A stretch of 64,000 bases of DNA from Octopus sinensis. Lineage: Eukaryota. Under the pieces are notes generated by a model. The model worked only from the letters and a program-made list of their open reading frames with translations, ran no database searches and was not told the origin of the DNA. Both the position numbers and the translations under genes were made by a program. The DNA is taken from positions 52,018,001 through 52,082,000 of the forward strand of contig NC_043009.1 in assembly GCF_006345805.1 (NCBI RefSeq), given 5' to 3'. Position 1 is the first letter of the stretch. The number at the start of each line of letters is the position of its first letter. Below, one piece after another: positions 38,373-51,738 of the stretch.

Positions 38373-38729
38373 AATGAAAGCGACCTGCAAGCCGCTATCG
38401 AGTATCGAACCCCGTAACGGTTGTAATTGTATCGGCCATACATGTCAGCTTCAGAAACACTTTTCTTATCTAACTTATCATTCTCTTACCATGGTAAACC
38501 ATTAATACACACACTTTCTTTCTCCATTTGTCTCTCTTTCTCTATTTATCTCTCTCTCTCTCTGTCATCCCTCCCTAATTCACCCACGCACCTTCTCCTT
38601 GTTTCTCTTTCTGTCTCTTATTCTAATATTGCAAGATATCTGTTTGCCTTTTTCTTTCTCTTTCACCTTCTACTACTATCTAATTTCTGTCTTCTTTAAT
38701 CTAGGCAATTGCATACCATCGGGCACCAA

Positions 38730-39470
38730 CATAGATGATAGTTAAGTATCTTGCTCTGTAAGGCGGCGAGCTGGCAGAAACGTTAGCACGCCGGGCGAAA
38801 TGCTTAGCGGTATTTCGTATGCCGCTAGGTTCTGAGTTCAAATTCCGCCGAGTTCAACTTTGCCTTTCATCCTTTCGGGGTCGATAAATTAAGTAACAGT
38901 TACGCACTGGGGTCGATATAATCGACTTAATCCGTGTGTTTGTTCTTGTTTGCCCTCTCTGTGTTTAGCCCCTTGTGGGTAGTAAAGAAATGGGTTAAGT
39001 ATCTTGCTCTATAACCATGCGATTTTGGGTTCAATCGCGCTCGTACGAAACCTTGAGCAACAATATTCTACAACACCAAGACGACCTAGGCCCCCGGAGC
39101 AAATTTAATAGATGAAAACCCTATAGAATACCGTCATCTACACGCACACACGCACACTCACTACCATAAAAATGTGTGTTTATGTGTGTTTGTGTGTGTG
39201 TTTGCGTTCGTGTGCGTTCGTGTGTGAGTGTGTGTGTTTGTATGTGTGTGTACGTGTGTGCCTGTAAGTGAGACCGTGTTTGCTCGCCCACAGCTTAACA
39301 ACCGGTTTTGATTTGTTTGCGTTCTCGCAGTTTAGACGTTCGGCAAGAGAAAGCGAAAAACTTCAGCATTACTAAAGTACTAGGTTTGATTTGTCCACCC
39401 CACAAACATTGAAGGGTATATCCCAGAATAACCGCATCCATTGACGGAAAATAGTGAAAGATAAAATATA
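38730..39470 (+). mobile_element. Old SINE family A copy interrupted in its head by a family B insertion
   Basis: Degenerate head resumes at about 39011 (accatgcgattttgggttcaatc), with a degenerate tail to about 39470. Confidence 0.6.
38759..38993 (+). mobile_element. SINE family B, young full-length copy with a 17-bp TSD
   Basis: gttaagtatcttgctct at 38741-38757 and 38994-39010 flanks the element. Confidence 0.95.
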
Positions 39471-40062
39471 AATTGTTATGTTACTATTAAACAAACTTTG
39501 CTGCAATTCGTTAAATAATGACGTACTGACCATAAAATTAAACGATGTCCGTTGATATCACAGTTCCTGATAAGCTCAAATTGTCCCTAAATGTTACTAC
39601 ATATCATTATTGTTAAATCTAAGCTTGCTTGCTTAGGTTTGACAATTTTTACATTATTGTTTACATAAAATTTTGGGAAGATCTGCAATTTTAAAAATAT
39701 ATAAAGAGTATGATTAAATACCGATTTTTCATACCTCGTATGAGTAATTATTAACAGATAACTAAATGTCAACATTTTAAAATTTAAGAAGCATTTATTA
39801 GCATACTTAGAAATGCGTAAGTGATGCGAAGAATATAATGCTAACTAATATTAAATAGTTTTATTTTATTTCTGATGACAGAATTCAAAATATGTGTGGT
39901 GATGAAATATGGCCGTAATACTGTTTTAGTAAACGTAGTCGAAAATATTTCATGGTACATTCGAATATATCGATTTCACTATTTATTCTATTTTCCTTCC
40001 GAACGATGAATGTCAAAATGAACCCGGTTGAGATTTCAAATGAGAAGGCTGTTTAACCAATA

Positions 40063-40295
40063 TTTATTTCTTTATTGCCCACAGGGGGCTAAACATAGAC
40101 GGGACACAGAAGGGCAGACAAACGGATTAAGTCGATCTTATCGACCCCATTGCGTAACTGGTACTTAATTTATCGACCCCGAAAGGATGAAAGGCAAAGT
40201 CGACCTCGGCGAAATTTGAACTCAGAACGTAACGACAAACGAAATACGGCGACGCATTTCGCCCGGGGTGCTAACGTTTCTGCCAGCTCGCCGCC
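40063..40295 (-). mobile_element. SINE family B, full length
   Basis: Reverse complement of the 38759 copy. Confidence 0.93.
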
Positions 40296-40429
40296 GACCG
40301 GCGATGGATCTATTCTGTCAACCATTCGCTATTTCTAATATTTTGCCCTGCGTTGAGCAATTACTGAAGTATTTCTGTACTCCGACATTATTGGTCAGAT
40401 ATAATTTCAAAATAGCTCTTTTTAAATAT

Positions 40430-40650
40430 GTATTGTTTTTACTTTTACTTGTTTCATTCTTTGCACTACGACCATGCGACCATGACATGTGAGTGGATTT
40501 AGTCTAACGAATAGATGTAAATAGTTATTTGTTTAAAAGTCTCGTATTTATTCAACTGGCCACCTTTGACGAACCGCTAATTTATGGGAACATAAACTAA
40601 CACCGGTTGTCAAGCTGTGGTAGGAGATAACCAGAAACACAAATTTACAT
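40430..40650 (-). mobile_element. SINE family A 3' half, diverged
   Basis: ttttacttgtttcatt...gaaccgctaatttatgggaacataaactaacaccggttgtcaagc. Confidence 0.7.
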
Positions 40651-40989
40651 GTACACACACACACACATGCACACACACATGCACACACACATGTATTTAA
40701 ATACATGTATGTACGTATGCATATATGTGTGTGCGTATGCATGTATGTATGACTGTATGCACGAATTAGCAATGCCGAAGGCACTAAGACTCGACTGGAG
40801 AGCTGGCTGAGGGCAGGTGATAAAAGCCAGCTGACTGGAATGTTGTAGGTTCGATGCTTCGAGTATGAAATCTTACTCAGATTATAATATTAGCCATGTT
40901 TACTTTGCAGCCTTGCCATAACTCGGGCAGTGGAGAGGCGTTGCAGTAATTTCATGCGAATGTACCCGAGTCCTCCCCCCGAATATCAG

Positions 40990-41530
40990 CTCCGTCAATC
41001 TGTACTGCAAGGCTTTCAAGCGTCACTTAACAATTTCATCAATTGGGAAGGAATTCAAAGCCACAAAAGCAAGAACACTAAACGCATTGCTTCTCTTTGA
41101 AGAGGAGAAAGTCACACACACCCAAAGGACCGTAAAATGTTGCAGACCATAGAAACCAAAGAAGTGGTGGAGGAAGCGGATATATATTGAGAAAACCAGG
41201 ATGTTGCTGACGTAGTCTGCCAAGAACTGGCTTGCAAATTCCAACGCGAAACCGTTGGAGAAACACAAACACCAGAACCAAGAGAGAAATCAAAGTGCAG
41301 GGGACCTGTGATTCAACAGAAGATGATCACCCTGTGAAGGCAGCAGGGCTTGCCTACCAGGGACAATGGATACAGTGGAACTTGAGTGACATCCGCACCG
41401 GAGGGAACCCTTGCTGACTGACCAAGGCAGATTGTCCTTCCTCCCTGCTATCGCTGGCCCCTTGCCAACTCCAAATAACTGTAACCAAGGCCCCTCTTCC
41501 AAACAGTGTGGAGCAGTTCATTGCAGTTTC
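40990..41530 (+). mobile_element. Decayed Hero-like (RLE-type) non-LTR retrotransposon fragment, region downstream of RT
   Basis: Plus-frame pieces LYCK...ISSIGKEFKATKAR...KKWW, KAAGLAYQGQWIQW and LPTPNN...C match the Hero pattern (EEFK..K.R...GRKW; KAV...QG.W..W; LP.P.NL..W..C..C). Confidence 0.68.
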
Positions 41531-42546
41531 AATCAAATTTTGACATGGTAATTTCTTTATATTTATTTACGTAGAATAGAAATAAAATGCGCGCAAATAA
41601 ATTATTTGAAAGTTGCCATCCACATGTAAAATAAAAGTTAAGTTACTGCATGAAGCAATAAAAAAAGAACCTTATTAGATATAAACATATACTAATGAGA
41701 AATATAACAAAGGTTAACCACTTGCTTTCAGAAATAATGTATTTAGGATTTCATTATTTCGGTAGGATGTAATTGGTGTTAATTTGATTTCTCTCTCTAT
41801 CTTGAGGTGTCATTGCATGAAGACTCGTTTCTTTTTCTTATTAGACTGAATTATATTGATTTAGGATAAAAGTCACCATTCTATATTTAACTGAATTTAC
41901 AGCCTCAATATCGCTGCTACATCTATCGAAATGTAAAGGATGAAACATTGTTAAATATATGTTATGAAAGCTTCCTTACGCTAAATATTCGCGTCTATGT
42001 TAAGAGCAATGGGACACATTTTGTCTTTTATCTACAAGGCATAATCGATTATATTGGCCTCAGTATATTATATCAACTCCATAGACAATAGAATGACTAG
42101 AATTCTGAATATAAAAAGATATAACTGAATGTTACGTTCACTTGTGTCCGACATTCTAAAGACTCAGCCAATTCATATTAGACAAAATGTAATAAATTAT
42201 AAAATAGGAATAAAATTAGCTCAAATAACGATTGCTAATTTGATACAAGAGTTCAAATTATTGTGCTGGAATGGGGAAGTATAATCAACTGCATTGAAAT
42301 GAGAATGTGCCTCATATGTATATATATATGTAAATATTTACAATTGAAACAAATGGTACATAGGTAATCGTTTTTTATTTCGTATATTTTCATTTGCCTT
42401 GCTTATTTTTACATTTTGGGTTTTTGCTGAGATTTTTCTTGAGAACACATTCTTCGTGGTAAGGCGATTTGGCGTTTAGCATATAAGCTGTCCACTTTTA
42501 GTGGTCAGTCCTCTAAATTTGTATATGTATATATATATATATATAT

Positions 42547-42629
<83 letters not shown>

Positions 42630-42679
42630 TATATACATACCTAATATACATATATTATATATATATATATATATATATG

Positions 42680-42718
<39 letters not shown>

Positions 42719-42736
42719 ACATATATACATATATAC

Positions 42737-42789
<53 letters not shown>

Positions 42790-42879
42790 CATCAATCATA
42801 AAGTTATTTTGAATCAGGGTATAATTTAATCGAAGAATATGGAGCAGGCCCCATATGGGCGAATAATACGAATTATGTG

Positions 42880-43332
42880 TTACTGCCATAGCAAAGAATG
42901 CACACTCATGATACAAATACTTACATCGGTTTGGACCCTGCCAAATATAACAAAGAAGGGTGTGATGAGGCTAAAACTGACAACGGATTTAATATACCAG
43001 GCTGGAAGCAAAGTCGAAGTAGACTGTATTTGAACAAATATCATAGAAGACTTTTAATTGAAATTTGAAAGTGATTTAGTCCAATGCTTTCTGGATATTT
43101 CGCCAAATAAGCATTTTATAATATTGATGATATCGTTTCAAATATTTGTCTTCCTTGACAGTTCTTTGAGTGCCAGTTCTGTGAAATAAATATTCCACAT
43201 TCCAGTTGCCAAATTCTTGAGCACCAGAAGCAGCTGCAGAATCAAGGAATCAGCTGCGTAGGCAATAACGTTCTGTGCGATGAAATCATAGAACACTAAA
43301 TACAGAATATAACCTTTGGCAAAATATATCAT
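42880..43332 (-). pseudogene. Possible decayed reading frame (about 150 codons, 2 internal stops), hydrophobic, unassigned
   Basis: One minus frame runs MIYFAKG...KTNI*NDII...NFN*KSSMIF...LLWQ in non-repetitive sequence; no family recognised. Confidence 0.2.
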
Positions 43333-43580
43333 AAACTTAATTTCATGTTTCCCCCTTGTGTCTAAATTTTTCTAGGTAAACAGGCATGCGATATGAAAAA
43401 TTGATATTAAATTAGTATGTAGTATTATAAACATATACAAATTTTCTTATACAGAATGAAAGGATGATGTGAACGTTGGAGTAAAAGAATAAAATATGTA
43501 CGGGCTTATTTGATATTTTTTCTTAAATCATTTATCATAAAGCATACACATCTATCTATCTATCTATCCATCCGTCCACA

Positions 43581-43667
<87 letters not shown>

Positions 43668-43843
43668 CACAGACACATATGTATCAATACGTATTTTGTA
43701 TATACATATACTCATATATAAACATATATGTATCAAAACATACATATATCGACACGATGCAGTGACATACTTAAATACATACATACAGGTTTACAAATAA
43801 ATATACACCCAGAATCATATCTGTATCTATATCTATCTATCTA

Positions 43844-43893
<50 letters not shown>

Positions 43894-44175
43894 TACAAGT
43901 ACACACATACACGCACGCACTCACACAGTCACACACTCATACGCGCACAACACAAACACACACACCACACACACACATATATATATATATATAAATTTAG
44001 GATATCTGTACACCACGAAGTAGATTTCTCGAAGAAGTCTCCAAAACGTTTTGTGGCATAAACCTGATGAAAAAAAAAATGTTTTCAGTTATAATATATA
44101 TATACATTCTTTTATTCTTTTATGCGTTCTAGCACTAACGCTGTGACCATGCTGGGGTACTGCTAGTGTTATCAC

Positions 44176-44319
44176 CTTTTCAATGGCCGTTCGACGCAAA
44201 ATGGCTTTTGATGAAAGAGCGAGTTCGACATGGCTGCTCTCTCTTGATTTTCTTGCCGTGATATAGCTTCATGTTGGATCTTGGACAGCAAGGTGTCAAC
44301 TTGTTTCATGTGGTCATTT
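44176..44319 (-). CDS. Candidate 144-nt internal coding exon (NDHMKQVDTLLSKIQHEAISRQENQERAAMSNSLFHQKPFCVERPLK), product unknown
   Basis: Acceptor ttttctgttattttatataag, donor AAG|gtgata, symmetric phase, only one frame open. Confidence 0.3.
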
Positions 44320-44624
44320 CTTATATAAAATAACAGAAAGGAGAAGAAAAATCTCTGAAACAGGCTGAAATGACTATCATAAAAGAAATGGTACAAAATT
44401 AGTAATCTCACATCTCAATTCTTTATTAGAAATTTTTTTCGTTTATGTCGGTAGATACGAAATTCTTGTTAGTTACAGGGACTAAAGTGATCTCAATAAT
44501 ACACATACGCATCCACATTCTCGGTATGCGTTGTGCACTTTCTTTTCGCTGTGTATATATCTCAACAGTTTCCTTGTACAAATAAATATGCACGCAAAGA
44601 TATGTTGAGTTAATCATCACTATA

Positions 44625-45348
44625 ATGTTAATTGTTATGTATTACTTCTGTTATTCAAGGGTTTTGTTGGAGCTCCTGGAGTTTGCATATTTAGCGGGCT
44701 TAATACCTGCAATCTACGGTACCATACTGACCATTATGCTAAGAAGGTAAACATTTTATATATATTTATATACCTGTTTATGCCTTCTGATGCTGTTCCC
44801 AAAGACCCAACAATGACTGGTATTATCTTCACCTTCTTGAATCTCCATAGCCGGGCTATTTCGTACTTAAAAGGGTTGTATTTATCTTTTCGCCTTCTTT
44901 CTTGACTATTCGTGGGTCAATAAGGGGTGCAACATCAACTATATAGCATATGTGACGTATCTTGTCGACCATCACTAGATCCGGTTGCTTATGCTCTAGC
45001 ACCTGATCTGTTTGGACTGCGAATTCCCAGAGGATGTTGCTAGTCTCTGACTTCGTCACACACTGCGCTTTCTACTCATGCTACGCCTTGCCTCTCTCTA
45101 GTCCCCAGTTTCCCCACAGTTTCCAATGTAGCACCTTCCCTACATGATCATGTCTCCACAACTTGTAGAGGTTTGGAGCAAGTCTAGAACATTCGTTCGT
45201 AATATGGTCAATGCTTTCATCCACTATATTTCACATGTGGCACAACGGAGAAACTTCCTCTTTCTTAAGTTTGACCCTGCAATTCATGACCAAAGCTTGG
45301 CCTTACGCTGCCAGTATAGTACTCCCGGTATCTTTATTTTAGTGTTCC
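44625..45348 (-). mobile_element. 5'-truncated R4/Dong-like element (CCHC knuckle plus RLE plus 3' UTR)
   Basis: Minus translation ESIDHITNECSRLA...RHDHVGKVLHWKL...NILWEFAVQTDQVLEHKQPDLVMVDK...IVDVA...KEGEK..KY...EIARLW...IPVIVGSLG. Confidence 0.9.
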
Positions 45349-45396
45349 TATTATTACTATTATTATTATTATTGTTATTATTATTATTATTGTTGC

Positions 45397-45428
<32 letters not shown>

Positions 45429-45433
45429 GTATT

Positions 45434-45482
<49 letters not shown>

Positions 45483-45616
45483 CGACTATTATTATTATTA
45501 TTATTAGTAGTAGTAGTAGTAGTATTAGAACTATTATTATTATTATTATTATTATAATATTATTATTTATTATTATTATTATATTATTATTATTATATTA
45601 TTATTATTATTACTAT
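45349..45616. repeat. (TTA)n array between two Dong-like copies
   Basis: Directly visible. Confidence 0.97.
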
Positions 45617-45987
45617 TCAGTAGTTTTATTTTTATAGCGTGCTTTCTCTTCACTACCGAGCGCAGCTCTGTGTGCCTTGGGTATGTGCTGTGATTTGTTG
45701 TGATGCTCTGATGGTTATTGTATGGAAAGTGTTCTGTGTGCAGTGCCTAGTAGTGCAATTTTCTGTATGTTATATGTGTTTGTAAGTCCTGGTGTTTTTG
45801 TTATGTATTTGTCTGAATATTTTTTTATCATGCCTAATGCACCTACTATGATAGGAATTGTTTCTGTTTTCAGATTCCACATTCTAGTTACCTCTATTTC
45901 CAGGTCTTTGTATTTTGAGAGTTTCTCCATTTCTTTTAGAGACACGTTGTCATCTGCCGGTATTGATACATCAATTAGAAAGCATTT
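45617..45987 (-). mobile_element. 5'-truncated R4/Dong-like element of a second subfamily; intact RLE C-terminus plus 3' UTR
   Basis: KCFLIDVSIPADDNVSLKEMEKLSKYKDLEIEVTRMWNLKTETIPIIVGALG...QKIALLGTAH; (TAA)n on both sides. Confidence 0.92.
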
Positions 45988-45988
45988 A

Positions 45989-46063
<75 letters not shown>

Positions 46064-46084
46064 TCATTATTATTGTTATTGTTA

Positions 46085-46121
<37 letters not shown>

Positions 46122-46189
46122 CATTATTATTATTTTTATTATTATATTATTATTACAATTATAATTATCATTATAATTATTATTATTAA

Positions 46190-46238
<49 letters not shown>
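45988..46238. repeat. (TTA)n/(TAA)n array
   Basis: Directly visible. Confidence 0.97.
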
Positions 46239-46739
46239 TCGCACGAGGACCAGACTAATACATGTGCGTGTGTCCTTATGGGTGTGTTTCTTTGTCATCG
46301 TCTGTGTGTGTCTTTGTGTGCGTGCGTCAGCGTTTGCGATAAATTAGTGAGCAGGTGATCGTGTCATTTTTCAAATTTCTTAACATTAGTACTTTAATGT
46401 TTATTTATTTGCACGATTAAAATGTTTTCGTTATTCATGAACGTTCACTCTCCCACGCATTTCTGCACTTTATAAATGATAGATTACGTACGACTACATG
46501 CAGCAGATCATTATTGGATATGGCATGAATATGTATGTGTATATGAATGTATGTATTTATGCATGTGTATGTTAATATAAATATATTTATATATATATGT
46601 GTGTGTGTGTGTGTCTGTGTGTGTGTATCGTTATATCTAAATATACAGATATCTATATACATATATATGTGTCTATCGTTATGTATATGCAATATATATA
46701 AACACACAACACACCAAACACACACACAACACACAACAC

Positions 46740-46791
<52 letters not shown>

Positions 46792-46879
46792 TATATGCAT
46801 ATATATATGCTAATTTATATACACACATTCATACCTCCATATATGTATATTTCTAACTATGTATGTATGTATACATACG

Positions 46880-48000
46880 AACACAATCTTTCAACTCCCG
46901 TTTAGAGTGTTCATTTTTCCTTTCTATGATCACAGTGTGCAGAATGTTTTCTATTACTCTATACTATATGTGTAGAGCAATGTTGAATACTCGTGGTTTC
47001 TCCCTGACATTTAATCTGGATATCTAATCGTTTCTAACTACTTTCATTCTAAAACTGTGTCTCTGTTATCTTCTCCGTTTTCTATGCCGAGATCCACAGA
47101 AAAACTCTTGTTTATTACGAGGGCAATAGTACTATGATTTATCTATTCTGTGGAAAATGAGACTTTCGGTATGAGTACGCTCATTGACCTAATCACGTCC
47201 AAGTGCTTTTCATAGGTGTCATTGATCCTATTGCAGAGATTGAATAACATCCTGGGCATCGTGGGAATGTGTCCTTTTAGTATTTCTGTAGGGATTTCCT
47301 CAATTGCAGTAGATATTTCTTTTGGAAATTTAGAATTGCGTCTTTTAATTCTGACTCAAATGCTGCTAGGAAGGTGGATTGTACTTCATGAGAGACACCT
47401 CTTGGTTGTGATATTTCATTATCTTGAAATGAGTTTTTACCATATTCTTTTAATTTCCTGGCGATGCTTTGCAGAAGAGCAAACACTTTGCCAAATAGGA
47501 CTTTGGTAGATGTCGCCCTCTTTTACTTGGAATATATTTGTTAAGATATTACTAATGTTGTACGTTTTTCATGTGTTATTTTGGTGTAAATGGTCTTGGA
47601 CGTCAGTGTACATGCGCTCCAACTATTTGGCTTTGTTCCTTCAGCCCTCACTTTGAACAGCTCATTTGATCTTTTTTTAAATCTCTATCCCTGAGGTAGA
47701 TCTTTCCGTTTTGATCTTTTTTCTTTGATTTATCATTTGAAGGGTGTCTTTAGATATCCAAAGTTAGTTCTGTCAAGAAATACCTCTTCCATGAACGAAA
47801 GTTNNNNNNNNNNNNNNNNNNNNNNNNNNNNNNNNNNNNNNNNNNNNNNNNNNNNNNNNNNNNNNNNNNNNNNNNNNNNNNNNNNNNNNNNNNNNNNNNN
47901 NNNAATGTATTTGTAACGTATTATTGAAGATACTGATAGGTTTTTGTCAGAGATGGAAGGTACATCGAGGAGATTTCGATATTTCAACAATTATTATAAT
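46880..48000 (-). mobile_element. Decayed RTE-clade LINE ORF2 fragment spanning the assembly gap
   Basis: Minus frame SKDTLQMINQRKKIK...EIPTEILK...LFNLCNRI...VLIPK...NHSTIAL matches the RTE pre-RT/RT start. Outer boundaries are uncertain. Confidence 0.75.
47804..47903. other. Assembly gap (100 N)
   Basis: Run of N. Confidence 1.
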
Positions 48001-49017
48001 ACTAGCAGAGATTCCCGGAGTTGCTCGGAATTATGTACAGATAACTGGAGGTAAGTTGAAAACAACATCCTAAAATATGTGGAATATACTTCCGTTGAAA
48101 GATGTTTTATGTGTGCCTGAACTATTGGCATCTCAACGTCAGCATATAACTTGAAACGAAAATGAATAGTAAATATAGAAACTTTTGAAGCATCTTACGA
48201 CACCTGATGAAACGTTGCATTTAGTGTCATTACATTGTTCTCCATCAACTACGATACAGTGCAGAATGATGGCGAAACGATTACTGTGTTAATAAATGCA
48301 TCTAATTACACTCCGTCTTCCATATTAATCATATAAAATATACTCTACGTGCACCTCAGAATTCCGGACGTAGATCCGACGAAGAACGTACAGTATCGCC
48401 CATGACACCTGGTAACCATAAGTGGTGAATGTGCTCTGCAGGCACACTACCTAAGACTTACTCTGAAACAATGTTGGATACTGAATTTAGTACCTAATTT
48501 CTAAACTTAACATACAGATACGCACATATGCATATATGTAAGTATGTAATTATGCGTGAACAATCTCAAGATTAATCCGCCGAAATTGCGAGGATGATAC
48601 GGTTCTTGACTGAAGATAAAAGGCTTCGAATGACCCGTCCGTGCTTTTTTTTTGTATTGTCTTTCTTTTTTGTTTTTTTTGTCCCATTTTGTATCTCCTA
48701 GTTGTCCGGAGATTTTGTGTTCTTGCCCCATTTTGTATTTTATTTTATGTATATATATATATATATATAGCAGCGTACGTACACTTTGTTCTCTTATATG
48801 TATGTATGTATATATGTATGTATGTAGTATTATGTATGTATGCGTGTATATGCGTGAAATCACTTGCATACATGTATACATGGACATGATATCACATAAT
48901 GATGGTTCGATTAATATTTTCAATATCCTAAGTTATTTGCAATAAATGTGGTTGCTCCAACTAGTTAAAACCGCGCTTAAAATGTGTACCATAGTATGAA
49001 AACCCTTAAACCCCTGC

Positions 49018-49070
<53 letters not shown>

Positions 49071-49931
49071 TATATATACATATAGACATATATGCAGATA
49101 TACATATATACACACACACCACATATATTATATATACATATATATGAGTGTGTGTGGGTGCCTGTGTATTGTGTATATCTATATGTGTAGGTGTACAAGT
49201 GAGTATATACCTTCATTAAGACAGAGAGAGGGGGAAAGAGAGAGAAAAACAGAGAAAGAAAAGGAAGGAGTTTGCTAGAGTAAAATAAAGTGTTAACCAC
49301 ATAAGAAAAATGACTATTGAATTGATTTCTTTGTACTAAAAGAAGAAAAAACAGAGATAGGAATCTATATTTTGTGCCACAATGTTCAAGTGTCAAATAA
49401 TAATGAGCTTAAAAATTGAAGAATTTCGAAAACTCAAGAACTACGGATCTACTTCCAAACTATCAAAATTCCATTGTGAAGAGAATGTCTCATGAGATAC
49501 GTTAGAAAGGCCTCGTCAAGAGAATGGTTATACAGTTACAGAGAAATAGTCGTTTTGAGTTGTTTTTTTTTTAAATTGAAAATACCAAAGTCATATTAGC
49601 CTCGTGTTGACAAGAAAACGATTGGATTTTTGATAGAAACTCTAAGAATCTAAAGATTGACATGCCATTGGGAATAACCGATATATAAGACTAACAGGCT
49701 TATATGTGTGTATTTAGCGCATAGACACATACAGGCAGACACATACAACCACACGCACATATGTATGTATGTATATATGTGTATAATATATATACATATA
49801 TATACATATATATATATACATACACATATATACATATACGTATATACATATATATATATGTACATGTATATATATAATATATATCTATCTCTCTTTCTAT
49901 TTATCAATCAGTCAATCAATCAATCCATATA

Positions 49932-50010
<79 letters not shown>

Positions 50011-50033
50011 TGTGTGTATGTGTGTGTGTGTGT

Positions 50034-50788
50034 GCAAAACATTCAAACACCGAGATTTGAAACCAGATGTCACTACTCTTTACATCATCTGTGGGGATAA
50101 TCTTTAAAATTGATGATATCACCAGCAGTGACATAGGTGGGTCGCAGGTGCAATAGCATTATATAGCAATGAAATATAAATTTGCACGAAGCGTAATGAT
50201 GCTTAACAATCATCTACCTGCTAGAAATAAGAGCTAAACTCTTAAATTAATGCAACGTCCTGCACTAAGATAACAGGAAAAACAATATGCGAGGAAAACA
50301 GAAAGAATTAAGACATTTAACAGCACAATATAAAAATATTTTGGAATTAGGGATATCCAGAAACCAGGTTTCGGCTTTTGGTTATTTGAAGACTGAGCCT
50401 CATCAGTGTGGCCTACCGGGTAAATAATCCATAACTCTCACGTTAAATTCTGACATTGCAACTGTTTTGATTTGTACCAAAAACAGAGCACATGGTGCAT
50501 AAAATTCTATAAGCAAAACATTCAAACACTGACATTTGAAATCAGATGTCAGTACTGTTCATATCATCTCTGGATAAATTTTAAAATTGATATCACCAGC
50601 CGTGACATAGGTGGATCGCAGGCGCAATAGTATTACATAGCTATGAATTATAAAATTTGTACGGGCGTAATGATGCTTAACAAGCATCCATCTGCTAGAA
50701 ATAAGAGCTAAAGTCGTTAAATTTATCCCCTGTGCCGCACCAAGACAATAGAGAAAAATCAGTATACGAGGAAAACAGAAAGAATTAA
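50034..50788. repeat. Diverged direct repeat (about 277 bp at 50034-50310 and 50514-50788; period 480 bp)
   Basis: gcaaaacattcaaacac...gaggaaaacagaaagaattaa present twice with many substitutions. Confidence 0.9.
50357..50411 (-). ncRNA. Type I hammerhead ribozyme motif with canonical core
   Basis: Minus strand ccaca CUGAUGA ggcu-(19 nt)-agcc GAAA c cug g U U ucugg; stem I 4/5 paired, stem II 4 bp, GUU triplet. Confidence 0.6.
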
Positions 50789-51305
50789 TATATATATATA
50801 TACATATATGCATATATGTATATGTATGTGTGTGTGTGAGACTGTATATGTACATTCGTACATATACGTATATGTACATTTTTATATATTTGTGTGACTG
50901 TATATGGATGTATGTGCGCTTGCGTGAATGTTCAGTAGAAAATATATTATTCTTTAACTAGAATATTATTACCTTATTTAGAATAACTTCGCTGTTTCTC
51001 CTTGCGTAGGTCAACATCAGACTGTGATAAATTTGAATACATATTGCCTTCACATTCTCACGTTTAAAGTAAAATGTTCTAGTGTGGGGGAGATCTGGTG
51101 AGTGATAATTAAGTAGTAGGCTAAATTATTATTGGGAAGTGTTATTGAATCCATTCGATGATATAATTTGGGCCAAGGATGTTGATCTTCGTAATCATGT
51201 GTATCTGTGCGTGTCAGCTGACACATTTAAACATTGAAAGAGAACAGTGACGGTTTAACTGCCTAAAACATTGAAGTCACTGCATACACTGTTCTTCGGG
51301 AATTT

Positions 51306-51346
<41 letters not shown>

Positions 51347-51738
51347 ATTATATATATATATAATATATATATATAATATATTTAATTGTATAGAGGGCAT
51401 TATTACACATAAATGCCTCACACTAAGAGGGACATAAGTCATTACTACCAAAATTACACTAATCATACCTAATGCAGTTCTTCAAAGCAAGACATTTAAA
51501 AAATGAATTTAGTTCTGTATCACCCGTGATTTCACATTTAACGTATAAAATTACGTATATGATCATCAGCAGAACTGATTCTGAACACATCTTAAATAAA
51601 CGACCAACTTTACCTGGCGAAGACGAACATATATCTATTCACTCCGGCGAAGCACATGGAAATGTTTATAAATCATATATTCGGTATATGGCGGGTTTTT
51701 CGAACTGCATGTCGGGTAAGAAAAGTATTTCGGAATAA

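Noticed and set aside
48198-48228. gacac-CTGATGA-AACGTT...gtgtc collapsed hammerhead-like word
   Set aside because: Stem II is entirely absent.
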